Below are positions 8,337 to 17,710 of a DNA stretch of 41,562 bases, piece after piece. A program made the position numbers and the translations under genes. The notes below the pieces were generated by a model. The model was not told where the DNA came from. It saw only the letters and a list, made by a program, of their open reading frames with translations, and did no database searches. The number at the start of each line of letters is the position of its first letter. Within the stretch, counting starts at the first letter, position 1. Source of the DNA: Candidatus Fermentithermobacillaceae bacterium UBA3951 (lineage in GTDB: Bacteria; Bacillota; Sulfobacillia; Fermentithermobacillales; Fermentithermobacillaceae); contig DGDN01000029.1 in assembly GCA_002385465.1 (NCBI GenBank), forward strand, positions 2,444-44,005. The letters are read 5' to 3'.

Positions 8337-10859
8337 CTATTCATGAAGCCGCGCTTTCAAGGTTCTCTGCTGCCTAACCCTCTTGCTTTCTACGTAGGTT
8401 GGAGAATCCGCCAGATGGAACTTCCTACCGGTCCGCAAGCGGACTACGGGCACGCGCCTTGAGTTCCCATACTCTAGACTGCCCATCTCCTCAAGGATGG
8501 CGAGGACCTTCTCAAGAAGGAGCCGCCCGCCTTCATACACGCCGGGGAGTTGAGGCTTATACCCTACATTCTCCATGACCACCCGGCGCACTTCATCGAA
8601 ACAAGTGTAAGGCACAGAGTCGTCGTTTGAGCGCTCCTTAAGGCTTTTCCACACCAATTGTACACTTTCCTTTTCAGGGTACGTCCATGAGAACCAACTC
8701 ATTGAGTTTTCGTGGAGCTCGGGCCTAAGCAGGCAAGGAAACCCCCGATCCCTGCAAAAGGCCGAAAGCTCCTCTCGTACTCTCGGAACGACAGGCTCGT
8801 GCGCCACTATAACCCTGGTCCTCTTCGCCTGACCCAACCTTTCCAATTCCCACGGGGCAGTCGATACCACTACCCCGCCGGGCGAAGAAAGCACCAGGTT
8901 GGCTTCATGGGCTTGGACCAAGGACTCCCCTTCCAGGTGTAAGGCGGCTTGTAGCCCGGCCTTCCGGAGAGCGACCCATAGAGACCAAGCGGCGTGAGGG
9001 CTCCATGTGTATACCACACTGCGCTCGCCATTCCCTGAAGCCACGGCGATATCTCCAACGATCTCTTCGTACCCTTTACCCGACTCTTCCCACGAAGGCC
9101 TCAGATCTCTTACGAGCGATGAGAACCGTTCCTCGCCCAGGTACACGTTGCGATAGGGGACAAACGCCACATCCACCCGGCCCATGAGCGCCACGGAGCG
9201 GGCAACGGAACCCATCCCGAACCAGATGAACTCCTTGGCGACGCCGCCTTGAGAAAGCCTTAGTTTGAGGTGCTCGCCGGACTTCCCCATGACCCAGATG
9301 TCTTGGATAGACAAGCCCAAACACGCCATCAAAGGTACTTCGTTCCCCTGCCCAAAGGGCTCCAGGGCAAGAAGCCCCTTGAGTGTTTCATCCGATGCCT
9401 CCCCCAGTTCCAAGAGGCCATCCAGGTCAAGGGGCGCTCGGAGAGTTGCGGACGATAGGAGTTCAGCCGACACCGTCTTGAACCTATCGAAAAAACCCTG
9501 CAGTGACTCGCGGCGGACGGTGAAACCGCCTGCCCCTCCGTGGCCGCCAAACCCGACAAGGAACTCCGCGCATCTCGAAAGAGCCTCGACTACGTTGAAA
9601 CCAGGGATGCCCCTTACGCTGCCCCTTAGGAGCTCGCCGTTCCCTGCGGCCAAGACCGCCGGACGGCCGAAAGCCTCACGGAGCCTCGACGCGACGATGC
9701 CGATCACGCCCTCGTGCCAGTCAGACCCGGCGATACATATGGCATACGCCACATTGCCTTCCGGCCACAGCCCGCCAAAGCAATCGGTCATAATCGTCTC
9801 TTCCATGCCCCGTCTATCCCGGTTCAAGCGATCCAGGTGCAAGGCAAGACGCCGGGCCTCCAAGGGGTCTTTCTCTACAAGGAGCTTGTACGCATGCCGG
9901 GCGTCCTCAAGCCTTCCCGCCGCGTTTAGCCGCGGCACCAAACCGAAAGTCACATCCCGGTCAAAAGACAAAGGCCTTTTTGCGCCACCTGGCCCGCAGA
10001 TCCCGGCGACCTCCAGAAGCGCCGCTATCCCGGGCCTTCGCGTATTTCTGAGGGAAGAAAGGCCCGAGACCACCCAATGTCTGTTCAACCCGACAACCGG
10101 GTGCCCGTCACCGGCGATGGACAATGTGAGAAGGTCGTGAGCCCAGCTTTCGGGGACGTCTCCCTCTATGCCCGCTTCGCGGAATAAAGCCGCCGCCAGG
10201 AGGTAGGCAACGCCTGCCCCGGTGAGATCCCGTAGTCCAAACGGAGCCCACTCAGGTAAGTGGGGGTTAAGTATGCTGTAGGCTTCCGGGAGACGTTCTC
10301 CGGGCAGATGGTGATCGGTGATGATGACATCCGACGACTGAAGGGCCGCTTCAAGGCAGCCTTCGACTCCGGTTATCCCGCAGTCCGTGGTGATGAAAAG
10401 GCAAGGTCCCCGTGACGAGAGCTCCCTCACGGAAGAGGCATGAAATCCGTAACCTTCTTCAAAACGGGAAGGAAAGTACACCGATACGCCTTTAGCGCCT
10501 GCGAAATCAAGGGCTTCTTTTATGACCACCGCCCCGGTTACCCCGTCGGCGTCGAAATCTGAATAGACGACCATAGGCTCGTTCCGGGCTATGGCCTCAA
10601 TCAGCCTTCGGGCGGCCGCCCTCATCCCGGGAAGACCGGCGGGGTCCGGCAAGGAGGAGCATGACGGTACGAGGAGACGCCTGGCCTTTTCGATATCGCC
10701 TTCCGAGCGTTTTGCGAGTACGGGCACAACGGCGGGCGACACCCCAAGTTCCCCGGCAAAACGCGCGGACAACGCAGGGTCTACCGGGTCGGGAAGGCGC
10801 CATTCCATAAACTTCGGTAAGTCTCTAAAGTTCGCCGAACTCTTGCTCGCTTGACTCAC
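8337..10859 (-). CDS. recJ: Single-stranded-DNA exonuclease RecJ with a long C-terminal extension
   Basis: DFDADG, TTDCG, TDHH, PRLNAAGR, WHEGVIGIVASRL, GGH, LEPFGQGN; recJ-apt-relA synteny. Start uncertain (GTG 10859 or ATG 10808). Confidence 0.92.
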   Translation of the reverse strand: MSQASKSSANFRDLPKFMEWRLPDPVDPALSARFAGELGVSPAVVPVLAKRSEGDIEKARRLLVPSCSSLPDPAGLPGMRAAARRLIEAIARNEPMVVYSDFDADGVTGAVVIKEALDFAGAKGVSVYFPSRFEEGYGFHASSVRELSSRGPCLFITTDCGITGVEGCLEAALQSSDVIITDHHLPGERLPEAYSILNPHLPEWAPFGLRDLTGAGVAYLLAAALFREAGIEGDVPESWAHDLLTLSIAGDGHPVVGLNRHWVVSGLSSLRNTRRPGIAALLEVAGICGPGGAKRPLSFDRDVTFGLVPRLNAAGRLEDARHAYKLLVEKDPLEARRLALHLDRLNRDRRGMEETIMTDCFGGLWPEGNVAYAICIAGSDWHEGVIGIVASRLREAFGRPAVLAAGNGELLRGSVRGIPGFNVVEALSRCAEFLVGFGGHGGAGGFTVRRESLQGFFDRFKTVSAELLSSATLRAPLDLDGLLELGEASDETLKGLLALEPFGQGNEVPLMACLGLSIQDIWVMGKSGEHLKLRLSQGGVAKEFIWFGMGSVARSVALMGRVDVAFVPYRNVYLGEERFSSLVRDLRPSWEESGKGYEEIVGDIAVASGNGERSVVYTWSPHAAWSLWVALRKAGLQAALHLEGESLVQAHEANLVLSSPGGVVVSTAPWELERLGQAKRTRVIVAHEPVVPRVREELSAFCRDRGFPCLLRPELHENSMSWFSWTYPEKESVQLVWKSLKERSNDDSVPYTCFDEVRRVVMENVGYKPQLPGVYEGGRLLLEKVLAILEEMGSLEYGNSRRVPVVRLRTGRKFHLADSPTYVESKRVRQQRTLKARLHE

Positions 10860-11148
10860 TTCTCGCCCTTTGGTTCATGAGATCGTTCATGGCCCGCTCC
10901 AAAGTGGCGTTCCTTTCCCGGGCTGCCTCCAGTTGCCGCTCCAGTTCCTTCAAACGCCCCCTGGTCTGCATACCCCTTAGCCAGGACCAAAGGGCACCGA
11001 TTATGACTCCTATGGACGCCGAGCCGAGTACCACTAAGGCCAGATTGAGGCTTAACGACCACGCCATAAACGTGATCGGGACGATCTGAGCGTTCTGGAC
11101 CGCAAAAATCACAATGAGGAGAAGGAAGATAACAGACAAGATCAACAA
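10825..11148 (-). CDS. LapA family (DUF1049) small membrane protein
   Basis: IFAVQNAQIVPITF motif, two hydrophobic helices and a coiled-coil tail. TTG start at 11148 behind a GGAGGGG RBS. Confidence 0.85.
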   Translation of the reverse strand: MLILSVIFLLLIVIFAVQNAQIVPITFMAWSLSLNLALVVLGSASIGVIIGALWSWLRGMQTRGRLKELERQLEAARERNATLERAMNDLMNQRARSESSEQEFGEL

Positions 11149-11236
11149 GAAATCCCCTCCCGTCCCTCGCAAAATTCGAGGCAGACTCCCGTGTCTACTT
11201 TACCATGAACATACCGCGTAGGGTCCTGCTTCCAAC

Positions 11237-11956
11237 CTATCTCCGTCGAGGCCCGCCCCGACGGCCTTGAGTTTTGGAACGGCCTCGCCTTTCCGCCCTT
11301 CTCGTTTTCTCCGTGCCGCCCTCGTCTTCCTTGGCCCGGCTTATGTCTTCCGGTCGCCCCCAACCGTATTCCTCAAGCAAAGTCCCGAAGTCCTCGGCCT
11401 CCGATCCAAAGTAGTCCTCCATGGTCTCGCCGGTTCCTTGAGCGCCGCCGGAACCTCTCCCCTTGGGACCGTAAGCCAGCGCTTGCCGCCTTTCTCTTTC
11501 GAGTTCTCCAAGCCGGAGCGCCTTCTTGACTTCCTCCAGCTGGCGCAAGTAGTCCTGGTTTGGCGTTTTTTCGGGGTTCTTGTAAGGCGGGCCTTCCCGG
11601 ACGCGTTCCTCGATGCGCCTTACCCACCTCTTGAGGCCGCCTTCGGACCTAAGGTCGCCCGCGGGGATCCTAATGACCGTGAATCCCATTGCCTCTATGG
11701 CCTTTTGTCTCGAAGCGTCCTTCTCGCTTCTCCCCTTGGCGAGATGGCTCTCCCCATCGACCTCGACGACGAGCCATTCGTCAATGAGGAAATCCACGGT
11801 AAAGCCTTTGACCGGTACCTCCTGGGCAAAGCGGAGGCCTGCCTTCTTGAGCCCTACCCTCAGCTTCGCCTCGCTGGGAGTCTCGCTGTGGTAGCTCCAG
11901 ATGTAGCTACCGCTCTGGTCACTGTGGCTACCTTTCCGCCTCGTCGGTCTCACCAC
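11237..11956 (-). CDS. DUF559 / Vsr-like endonuclease-domain protein with a charged C-terminal tail
   Basis: TPSEAKL...QEVPV.GFTVDF...VVEVDGESH...D..RQ..IEAMGFTVIRI pattern. Start codon directly follows the S9 peptidase stop. Confidence 0.8.
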   Translation of the reverse strand: MVRPTRRKGSHSDQSGSYIWSYHSETPSEAKLRVGLKKAGLRFAQEVPVKGFTVDFLIDEWLVVEVDGESHLAKGRSEKDASRQKAIEAMGFTVIRIPAGDLRSEGGLKRWVRRIEERVREGPPYKNPEKTPNQDYLRQLEEVKKALRLGELERERRQALAYGPKGRGSGGAQGTGETMEDYFGSEAEDFGTLLEEYGWGRPEDISRAKEDEGGTEKTRRAERRGRSKTQGRRGGPRRR

Positions 11957-14083
11957 CTATATGACCTCGGGGAGGGTGACTACCGGCTTCTCCGGCTTTG
12001 TAAGCCCGCCCTCGTAGTCCTCGTCTTTCGGAGCGAGGTACCTGTCGAGCCAGGCAAGGATAAACTCCAGCCGCTCGATGCGGTGCTTGGGCTTGCCCGA
12101 ACGGGAGAGCTCGTGGTTTTCGCCGGGAAACCTTACGAAAACCACCGTCTTGCCGGTCTTTTTGAGGGCGACGAACCATTCTTCTGCCTGCTCCATGGGG
12201 CAACGGAGGTCTTCTTCGCTGTGGATGATCATTACAGGCGTCTTCACATTCCTCACGTACATTAGCGGCGAGACACCCAGATAGGCCTGAGGATTGTCCC
12301 AGGGGTCGCCGTCGAACTCGAATTCGCCGTTCATGAACGCCGCGTCCGAGGCGCCAAACTGGCTCAAACGGTTACAAGTGCTCCGCATTGTAACCGCTGC
12401 CTTGAACCGGTCTGTTTGGGTCACGATCCAGTTGGTCATGTAGCCTCCGTAGCTCCCGCCCAATACCCCCATGCGTTCGGGATCCACCCAGGGCTGGGCC
12501 GCAGCGTAGTCTGCAGCCGACATGATATCCTGGTAGTCGACTCCGCCCCAGTCATGTCTTATGGCCTGAGCGTAATCTTGTCCGTGGCCAATGCTGCCGC
12601 GTGGATTGCAGAACACCACGCCGTACCCCCTGGACGCCAGGAGCTGGAATTCGTGGTGGAAGACATATCCATAGGCCGAGTGAGGGCCCCCGTGGATCTC
12701 CAGCGCGACCGGATACCGCCGGCCTTCTTTGAGGCCCACGGGTTTCATGAGCCACCCTTGGACTTTCGTCCCGTCCGAGCTTACAGCCACGAACTCTTCC
12801 GGCAAGCTGAGCTCGACCGACGAGAGTAACTCGTCGTTTACGCGCGTTATCCGCCTCACGGTGTAAGGCTCAAGGGCGCGGAGCGAACCGGGCGCGCTGT
12901 ATTCCTCTACGGGGTAATCTTTCCACGGAGAACCGCCCCCGGTCTCACGGCCCCGGGGATCGAGCAGGAACATATCGCCGATTAGAGACGGAGACCCCAG
13001 GTGAACCGCAAAGGTATCATCGGTCACGGCTTTCTTCCATCCCAGTATGCTGCAATCTCCGGAAGTCACCTGGACAAGTTCCTTGGTGTCCCTGTGCACC
13101 TTGTAGAGGTGGGTCCTTCCCCAATGGAGCGCGCTCAGGTATATCCACGAAGAGTCGGCCGACCACGTGGGCCTGGTACCGGGGCTTCCGCCCATGTCGC
13201 CGCCCGGGGTGCTCCCTACCTGCAGCTCCTTCTCCCTTGTGAGGAATCTGACCGGGCCTCCCTCGACTGGGATCACGCAGACACCCGTGACCGTGGCGCC
13301 CCTAAAGGAGTTGTCGTGACCGTAGAAGGCTATCCACTTGCCGTCGGGAGAAAAACTAGGCCCGCCCAAGACCGTATCGGACGAAGTCACTTTACGCATT
13401 TCGCCGCCTTCTAGAGGCACAACGTAGATGTCACGTATAGACGAAAATTCGTGTCCCTCATAGCGGGCAGACACAAATGCTATGTGTTTTCCATCGGGAG
13501 ACCACGCGGGCTCCCTGCAATCATAGGGCCCCGAGGTAATCTGCTTGATTTCCCCGGTTTCAGCGTCGAGGACGTGGATCTGGGAGGGCCTTTCGGGAAG
13601 GAAACCGCGTCCGTTTAGTTTATACCGCATCTTGGTTATGACTCTTACGTCGCTCTTTTCTTTGGAATCCTTATCTTTTCCATCCGCTTTAGGGTCAATC
13701 TCAATTGCAGAAAAGGCGATCTTGGAGCCATCGGGAGACCATACGGGTTCACCGACTCCCTCTTTACGATAGGAGATCTGTATGGCTTCCCCGCCCTCCA
13801 TGGAAATAAGGTAGAACTGTGTCCGGTCCTTGCCCCTCTCCGAAAGGAACACGACTCTATCGCCTTTGGGTGACCATCTGGGTGAGGTATCGTTCTTGGG
13901 ACCGTGGGTGAACTGGGTTACTTGCCCGTCTCTCGCCAAGTAGATGTGTGTCTTGTATTTTTTCTCTCCGCCTTCTTCTACGATGGAACGGACCGTGAAA
14001 AGGAGGCTCCGTCCATCCGGTGAGATCTCCGGACCCGAGACCCACTTCATAGACAGGAGATCCGCCGATTGCATCTTCCTCAT
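11957..14083 (-). CDS. S9 family serine peptidase (acylaminoacyl/dipeptidyl peptidase, YuxL-like)
   Basis: PD40/beta-propeller repeats (WSPDG), IHGGPH, nucleophile GGSYGG, EEDLRCP (Asp), GENHELSR (His). Confidence 0.95.
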   Translation of the reverse strand: MRKMQSADLLSMKWVSGPEISPDGRSLLFTVRSIVEEGGEKKYKTHIYLARDGQVTQFTHGPKNDTSPRWSPKGDRVVFLSERGKDRTQFYLISMEGGEAIQISYRKEGVGEPVWSPDGSKIAFSAIEIDPKADGKDKDSKEKSDVRVITKMRYKLNGRGFLPERPSQIHVLDAETGEIKQITSGPYDCREPAWSPDGKHIAFVSARYEGHEFSSIRDIYVVPLEGGEMRKVTSSDTVLGGPSFSPDGKWIAFYGHDNSFRGATVTGVCVIPVEGGPVRFLTREKELQVGSTPGGDMGGSPGTRPTWSADSSWIYLSALHWGRTHLYKVHRDTKELVQVTSGDCSILGWKKAVTDDTFAVHLGSPSLIGDMFLLDPRGRETGGGSPWKDYPVEEYSAPGSLRALEPYTVRRITRVNDELLSSVELSLPEEFVAVSSDGTKVQGWLMKPVGLKEGRRYPVALEIHGGPHSAYGYVFHHEFQLLASRGYGVVFCNPRGSIGHGQDYAQAIRHDWGGVDYQDIMSAADYAAAQPWVDPERMGVLGGSYGGYMTNWIVTQTDRFKAAVTMRSTCNRLSQFGASDAAFMNGEFEFDGDPWDNPQAYLGVSPLMYVRNVKTPVMIIHSEEDLRCPMEQAEEWFVALKKTGKTVVFVRFPGENHELSRSGKPKHRIERLEFILAWLDRYLAPKDEDYEGGLTKPEKPVVTLPEVI

Positions 14084-14115
14084 GTTTCCATCTCTCCTCT
14101 CTCAATGTCGCCAAA

Positions 14116-15696
14116 TCAAGATTCCCGCCGCCTCCTGGAAAAGAGCGTTCTAAGCCTCGACTTCAAGGCGCCGAATACAATCGCGGTTTCATCGCTCCGG
14201 AAAACTGCCGACGCGAGGACATAGATGACTCCGGCGCCTGCTATGGAAACTCCCCCCACGAGGGCATCTCTCAGAAGACTCCCCGTGCCCCTGGTAAAAC
14301 CGGTGTAGTTGGCGATGAAGACCGCACCGAGGCCCATGACGGCAGAAGCTGCAAGGGCCTTCAGCACCGAAACAGCCAAGACTCGAAGGGGGAGACCGGG
14401 CAGCCTCTGTTTGAGCAGGTACAATCCCACGAGAGATCCTGCCGTCACTGAGATTGAATTGGCAAGAGCCAATCCCGTGAGGCCGAGCGGGCCCACCAAC
14501 ATCGCATCAAGAGCGATGTTCAGGATTGCCGTGCCGACAGAGAGGGCCACGGGCACACGGGTTTCCTGACTCGAGTAGAAAACGAACGTGACCACTGACT
14601 GTGCCGCCATGCCTGCTACGCCGGGCGCGTAGGCCCTTAAAGCGGCTGCTGTCAGAGAGGTATGCTCGGGCGTGAAGGCCCCTCGTTCGTACACGAGGCG
14701 GACTACAGGCTCCGCCAAGACCATAAGCCCGACTGCCGCGGGGATACAGACGAATTCCACAAAGCGGATGCCGTTTACAGCCTGACCGCTGAACCCCTCT
14801 TTATCTTCTTTTGCCCACATACCCGAAAGTGCCGGGAACAATACGGTGGTTACCGCGACCGCGAAAAAACCCAGTGGGAACTGCCTGAGCCTGTCGGCAA
14901 GGTTTAGGGCGGACACAGAACCTTCAGGCAGGCGAGAGGCCAGGTTCAGGTTGGCTAAAGCGTAGACTTGCGCGAAAATGCTGCCCATGATTATCGGCAC
15001 GGCCATGAGGAGCACTTTCTTTGTGCTCTCATCTCGGCTGAGGGACAAAGAAGGCCAGGCCGGAGAACGCCTCCAAGCCGGGATGTGTAGGAAGAACGCA
15101 GCCAAATAGGCGAGCGGAAATCCTATGGCCAGAGACCTAACGCCCCAGACCGGGCCAAAGAGCGATGCCGCGGCGATGATCACCATGTTCTGGAGGCTCG
15201 GGGCAAACGCAGGGATACCGAAGTTGCCGTAGGTGTTGAGCACGGACTTGCCGAACGCGCTCAGCAGGGGAAACAGCATGAAGGGGAGGAGCACCCGAGT
15301 AAGCAGGGTGGCGTTACGCAGCGTCTCTTCACCGAACCCGGGAGAAAGAAGCCGGACGACATAAGGAGCAGGGACCATGAGCAGTGCCGCCATCCCCAGC
15401 ACCAGGAACGTTGAAAGAGTGACTATGGACGACGTCACTCTCTTGGCTCCGCTTCTATCGTCCTTGGCCACATAGGCGGACAGGACAGGCAAGAAAGTAG
15501 TGGATACGGGCCCCGACAAGATCGTTATCACCGATGTGATTTTCTCGGCAGCCACCTTGGCGTCAAGCTGTCCCGTGGCCCCAAAAAACATGGCGAATAT
15601 CTGCTCGCGCGTGAGCCCTAGAATCTTCGATAGTATGTTGAGGACCATCACCACGAAGGTTGCCTCAAAAACCCTTCTCCCGGTCGACAAGGGCAC
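14116..15696 (-). CDS. murJ: Lipid II flippase MurJ (MviN)
   Basis: SKILGLTRE, FIPV-like FLPVLS, LPEGSVSALNLADRLRQFPLG, LVYERGAF, many TM helices. Start is GTG 15696 or TTG 15690. Confidence 0.92.
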   Translation of the reverse strand: MPLSTGRRVFEATFVVMVLNILSKILGLTREQIFAMFFGATGQLDAKVAAEKITSVITILSGPVSTTFLPVLSAYVAKDDRSGAKRVTSSIVTLSTFLVLGMAALLMVPAPYVVRLLSPGFGEETLRNATLLTRVLLPFMLFPLLSAFGKSVLNTYGNFGIPAFAPSLQNMVIIAAASLFGPVWGVRSLAIGFPLAYLAAFFLHIPAWRRSPAWPSLSLSRDESTKKVLLMAVPIIMGSIFAQVYALANLNLASRLPEGSVSALNLADRLRQFPLGFFAVAVTTVLFPALSGMWAKEDKEGFSGQAVNGIRFVEFVCIPAAVGLMVLAEPVVRLVYERGAFTPEHTSLTAAALRAYAPGVAGMAAQSVVTFVFYSSQETRVPVALSVGTAILNIALDAMLVGPLGLTGLALANSISVTAGSLVGLYLLKQRLPGLPLRVLAVSVLKALAASAVMGLGAVFIANYTGFTRGTGSLLRDALVGGVSIAGAGVIYVLASAVFRSDETAIVFGALKSRLRTLFSRRRRES

Positions 15697-15773
15697 CCCT
15701 CGATTCTCTTACGCCCATCTAAATGTTTACGACGCTGGGAAACTGGAGTCCTTTCTCAAGCGACACAAAACCC

Positions 15774-15806
15774 TTGTCTATCCCTTGCGACATGTGATAG
15801 TATACT
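15774..15806 (+). promoter_or_regulatory. Sigma-A-like promoter of the ABC exporter operon
   Basis: TTGTCT-N18-TAGTAT with a TG extension; an overlapping alternative -10 TATACT lies at 15801-15806. Confidence 0.5.
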
Positions 15807-15809
15807 GAA

Positions 15810-15937
15810 CGGATGTGCGTACTCATAACTTTCTCGGGGGAGTTGAAACCGTGCTCATCCGCGAGTAACCTCTAACATTCCTTCAAGATTGATTCCCGCA
15901 ACTAAAGTCTTCTCTTAATCATTAAGGAGTATCTTTT
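15810..15937 (+). promoter_or_regulatory. Structured 5' leader with uORF(s); candidate attenuator
   Basis: Outer stem CGGATGtGC/GCtCATCCG (15810-15861), inner hairpin over the GGGGAG RBS of uORF GTG CTC ATC CGC GAG TAA (15851-15868), and a short hairpin covering the AAGGAG RBS of the ABC gene. Confidence 0.4.
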
Positions 15938-17710
15938 ATGGCTAACTTAAGACGCTTGCTCGGCTACCTTCGACCTCATGCTGCCTTAGCCATCTTGGTA
16001 GTCATGATCATGTTTGTCGCCAGCTTGCTCGAGATATCTCCGGCGATGCTGGTGAGGAGGGTCCTCGACCAAGCTCTTCCCAAGAAAGATATGGGCTTGG
16101 TAGTCACCTTGTGCTTGTGGTACATAGGGGTCTACGCCCTGAGAGGCCTCACCAATTACGTCCAGTGGTACACATCCGAGCTCATGGGGCAGAAAGTCAT
16201 ATACGATTTGCGGCGCGCCATTCACAACCACCTCCAGACCCTCCCTCCCTCCTACTTCTCGGGCATGGGGACAGGGCAGGTGATGTCGCGCCTCACTTCC
16301 GACGTCGAGTCCATACAGAACTTCATCGGCTTCGGGGCCCTCCTGCTTGTCAATATGGTGATCATGTTCTTCATCGTAGCCACGTATCTGGCCACCTTAG
16401 ACTGGCGGCTCACTCTCATGACCTGTGCCTCTTACCCCTTCCTCCTCAGGATGGTTTTCTGGTTTGACCGTAACATCCGTCCTGCGTGGAAGAAAGTGCG
16501 GGAAGTCACGGGCAAGCTCACCGAGATGCTTCAGGAAAACGTGGTGGGCATAAGGGTCGTAAAGGCCTTTGCCAGAGAGCCCCACCAGATAGAGCTGTTC
16601 CGTGAAAGGAACATGTCCCTCTACCAGGCAAACCTGGACCGCGCGGCTATCGAAGCCAAAGCCCAGCCCGTCCTCGAGTTCCTATCCGGCCTGTCTACCA
16701 TCTCCATGCTCGGCTACGGAGCGTTCCTCGTGATGTCGGGGCGCATCACAGTAGGAGTGCTGTTCGCCTTCTACTCGCTTACGTGGAGCCTAATTTGGCC
16801 CATCAGGATGCTGGGATGGCTCGTGAACATGGCCGAGCAGGCGCTGGCCGCGGCTCCAAGGCTCTTCGAGCTGCTGGATGCCGTACCCTCGATAGCCAAT
16901 AAGCCGGACGCGATAGTCCCGGACGAGATACGAGGCCATATCGTATTTGAGGACGTGAGCTTCACTTTCCCGGGAGACTCCAGGGAAGCGCTCAAAGATG
17001 TGAACCTTGAGATACTCCCGGGTGAGACGGTGGCCATCGTAGGCGGCACCGGTTCGGGCAAGTCAACCCTCGTCAACCTGATACCCAGGTTCTTGGACCC
17101 TACCGGCGGGCGCATCACCCTCGACGGGGTTGACTTGAGGGATTTGGACCTAAAGACCCTCCGCAAGGGGATCGGGCTCGTGCTCCAGGACAATTTCCTC
17201 TTTTCCGCAACGGTAAGGGAGAATATCGCTCTGGGGCGGCCGGATGCTGGCGATGAGGAGATCGAGAAAGCGGCCCGTCTGGCTCAAGCGGCCGAGTTTA
17301 TCGAGGAACTGCCGCGCAGGTACGAGACACCGGTGGGTGAGAGAGGTATCGGCCTTTCGGGAGGACAGAAACAGCGCATCGCCCTAGCAAGGGCCCTCTT
17401 GGTAGACCCCAAGATCTTGATCCTTGACGAGGCTACCTCAAGCGTGGACACCGAAACCGAGCACCTCATCCAGGAAGGCCTTATGGAAGTGATGCGCGGG
17501 CGGACTTCCATCGTCATAGCCAAGCGCTTGTCCACGGTCCGAGGAGCAGACAAAATCGTGATCATGGACCAAGGCAGGATTACAAAGGTGGGCACTCACG
17601 AAGAACTCCTGGCCGAAGAAGGGTTCTACAGGAGGCTCTTCGAGAGCCAGTTCGCAGACGAGGATGTGGTAAAAGCCCTTGAGATGGAGCTCGGAAAGGA
17701 GGGTTTCTGA
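15938..17710 (+). CDS. ABC exporter subunit 1 (TMD+NBD), heterodimeric multidrug/peptide type
   Basis: N-terminal TM domain, Walker A GGTGSGKS, LSGGQ, ILILDEATS, switch region IAKRLST (His replaced by Lys). Confidence 0.95.
   Translation: MANLRRLLGYLRPHAALAILVVMIMFVASLLEISPAMLVRRVLDQALPKKDMGLVVTLCLWYIGVYALRGLTNYVQWYTSELMGQKVIYDLRRAIHNHLQTLPPSYFSGMGTGQVMSRLTSDVESIQNFIGFGALLLVNMVIMFFIVATYLATLDWRLTLMTCASYPFLLRMVFWFDRNIRPAWKKVREVTGKLTEMLQENVVGIRVVKAFAREPHQIELFRERNMSLYQANLDRAAIEAKAQPVLEFLSGLSTISMLGYGAFLVMSGRITVGVLFAFYSLTWSLIWPIRMLGWLVNMAEQALAAAPRLFELLDAVPSIANKPDAIVPDEIRGHIVFEDVSFTFPGDSREALKDVNLEILPGETVAIVGGTGSGKSTLVNLIPRFLDPTGGRITLDGVDLRDLDLKTLRKGIGLVLQDNFLFSATVRENIALGRPDAGDEEIEKAARLAQAAEFIEELPRRYETPVGERGIGLSGGQKQRIALARALLVDPKILILDEATSSVDTETEHLIQEGLMEVMRGRTSIVIAKRLSTVRGADKIVIMDQGRITKVGTHEELLAEEGFYRRLFESQFADEDVVKALEMELGKEGF

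Noticed and set aside
9265-10140. 291-aa plus-strand ORF
   Set aside because: Entirely antisense to recJ, with the Ser/Pro/Arg-rich composition typical of shadow frames.
11237-11956. Mobile element or defence island centred on the DUF559 nuclease
   Set aside because: No transposase, integrase, methyltransferase, terminal repeats or visible compositional shift; the gene is tightly embedded among housekeeping genes.
11267-12265. 332-aa plus-strand ORF
   Set aside because: Antisense shadow of the DUF559 and S9 peptidase genes; no motifs; long shadow ORFs are expected at high GC.
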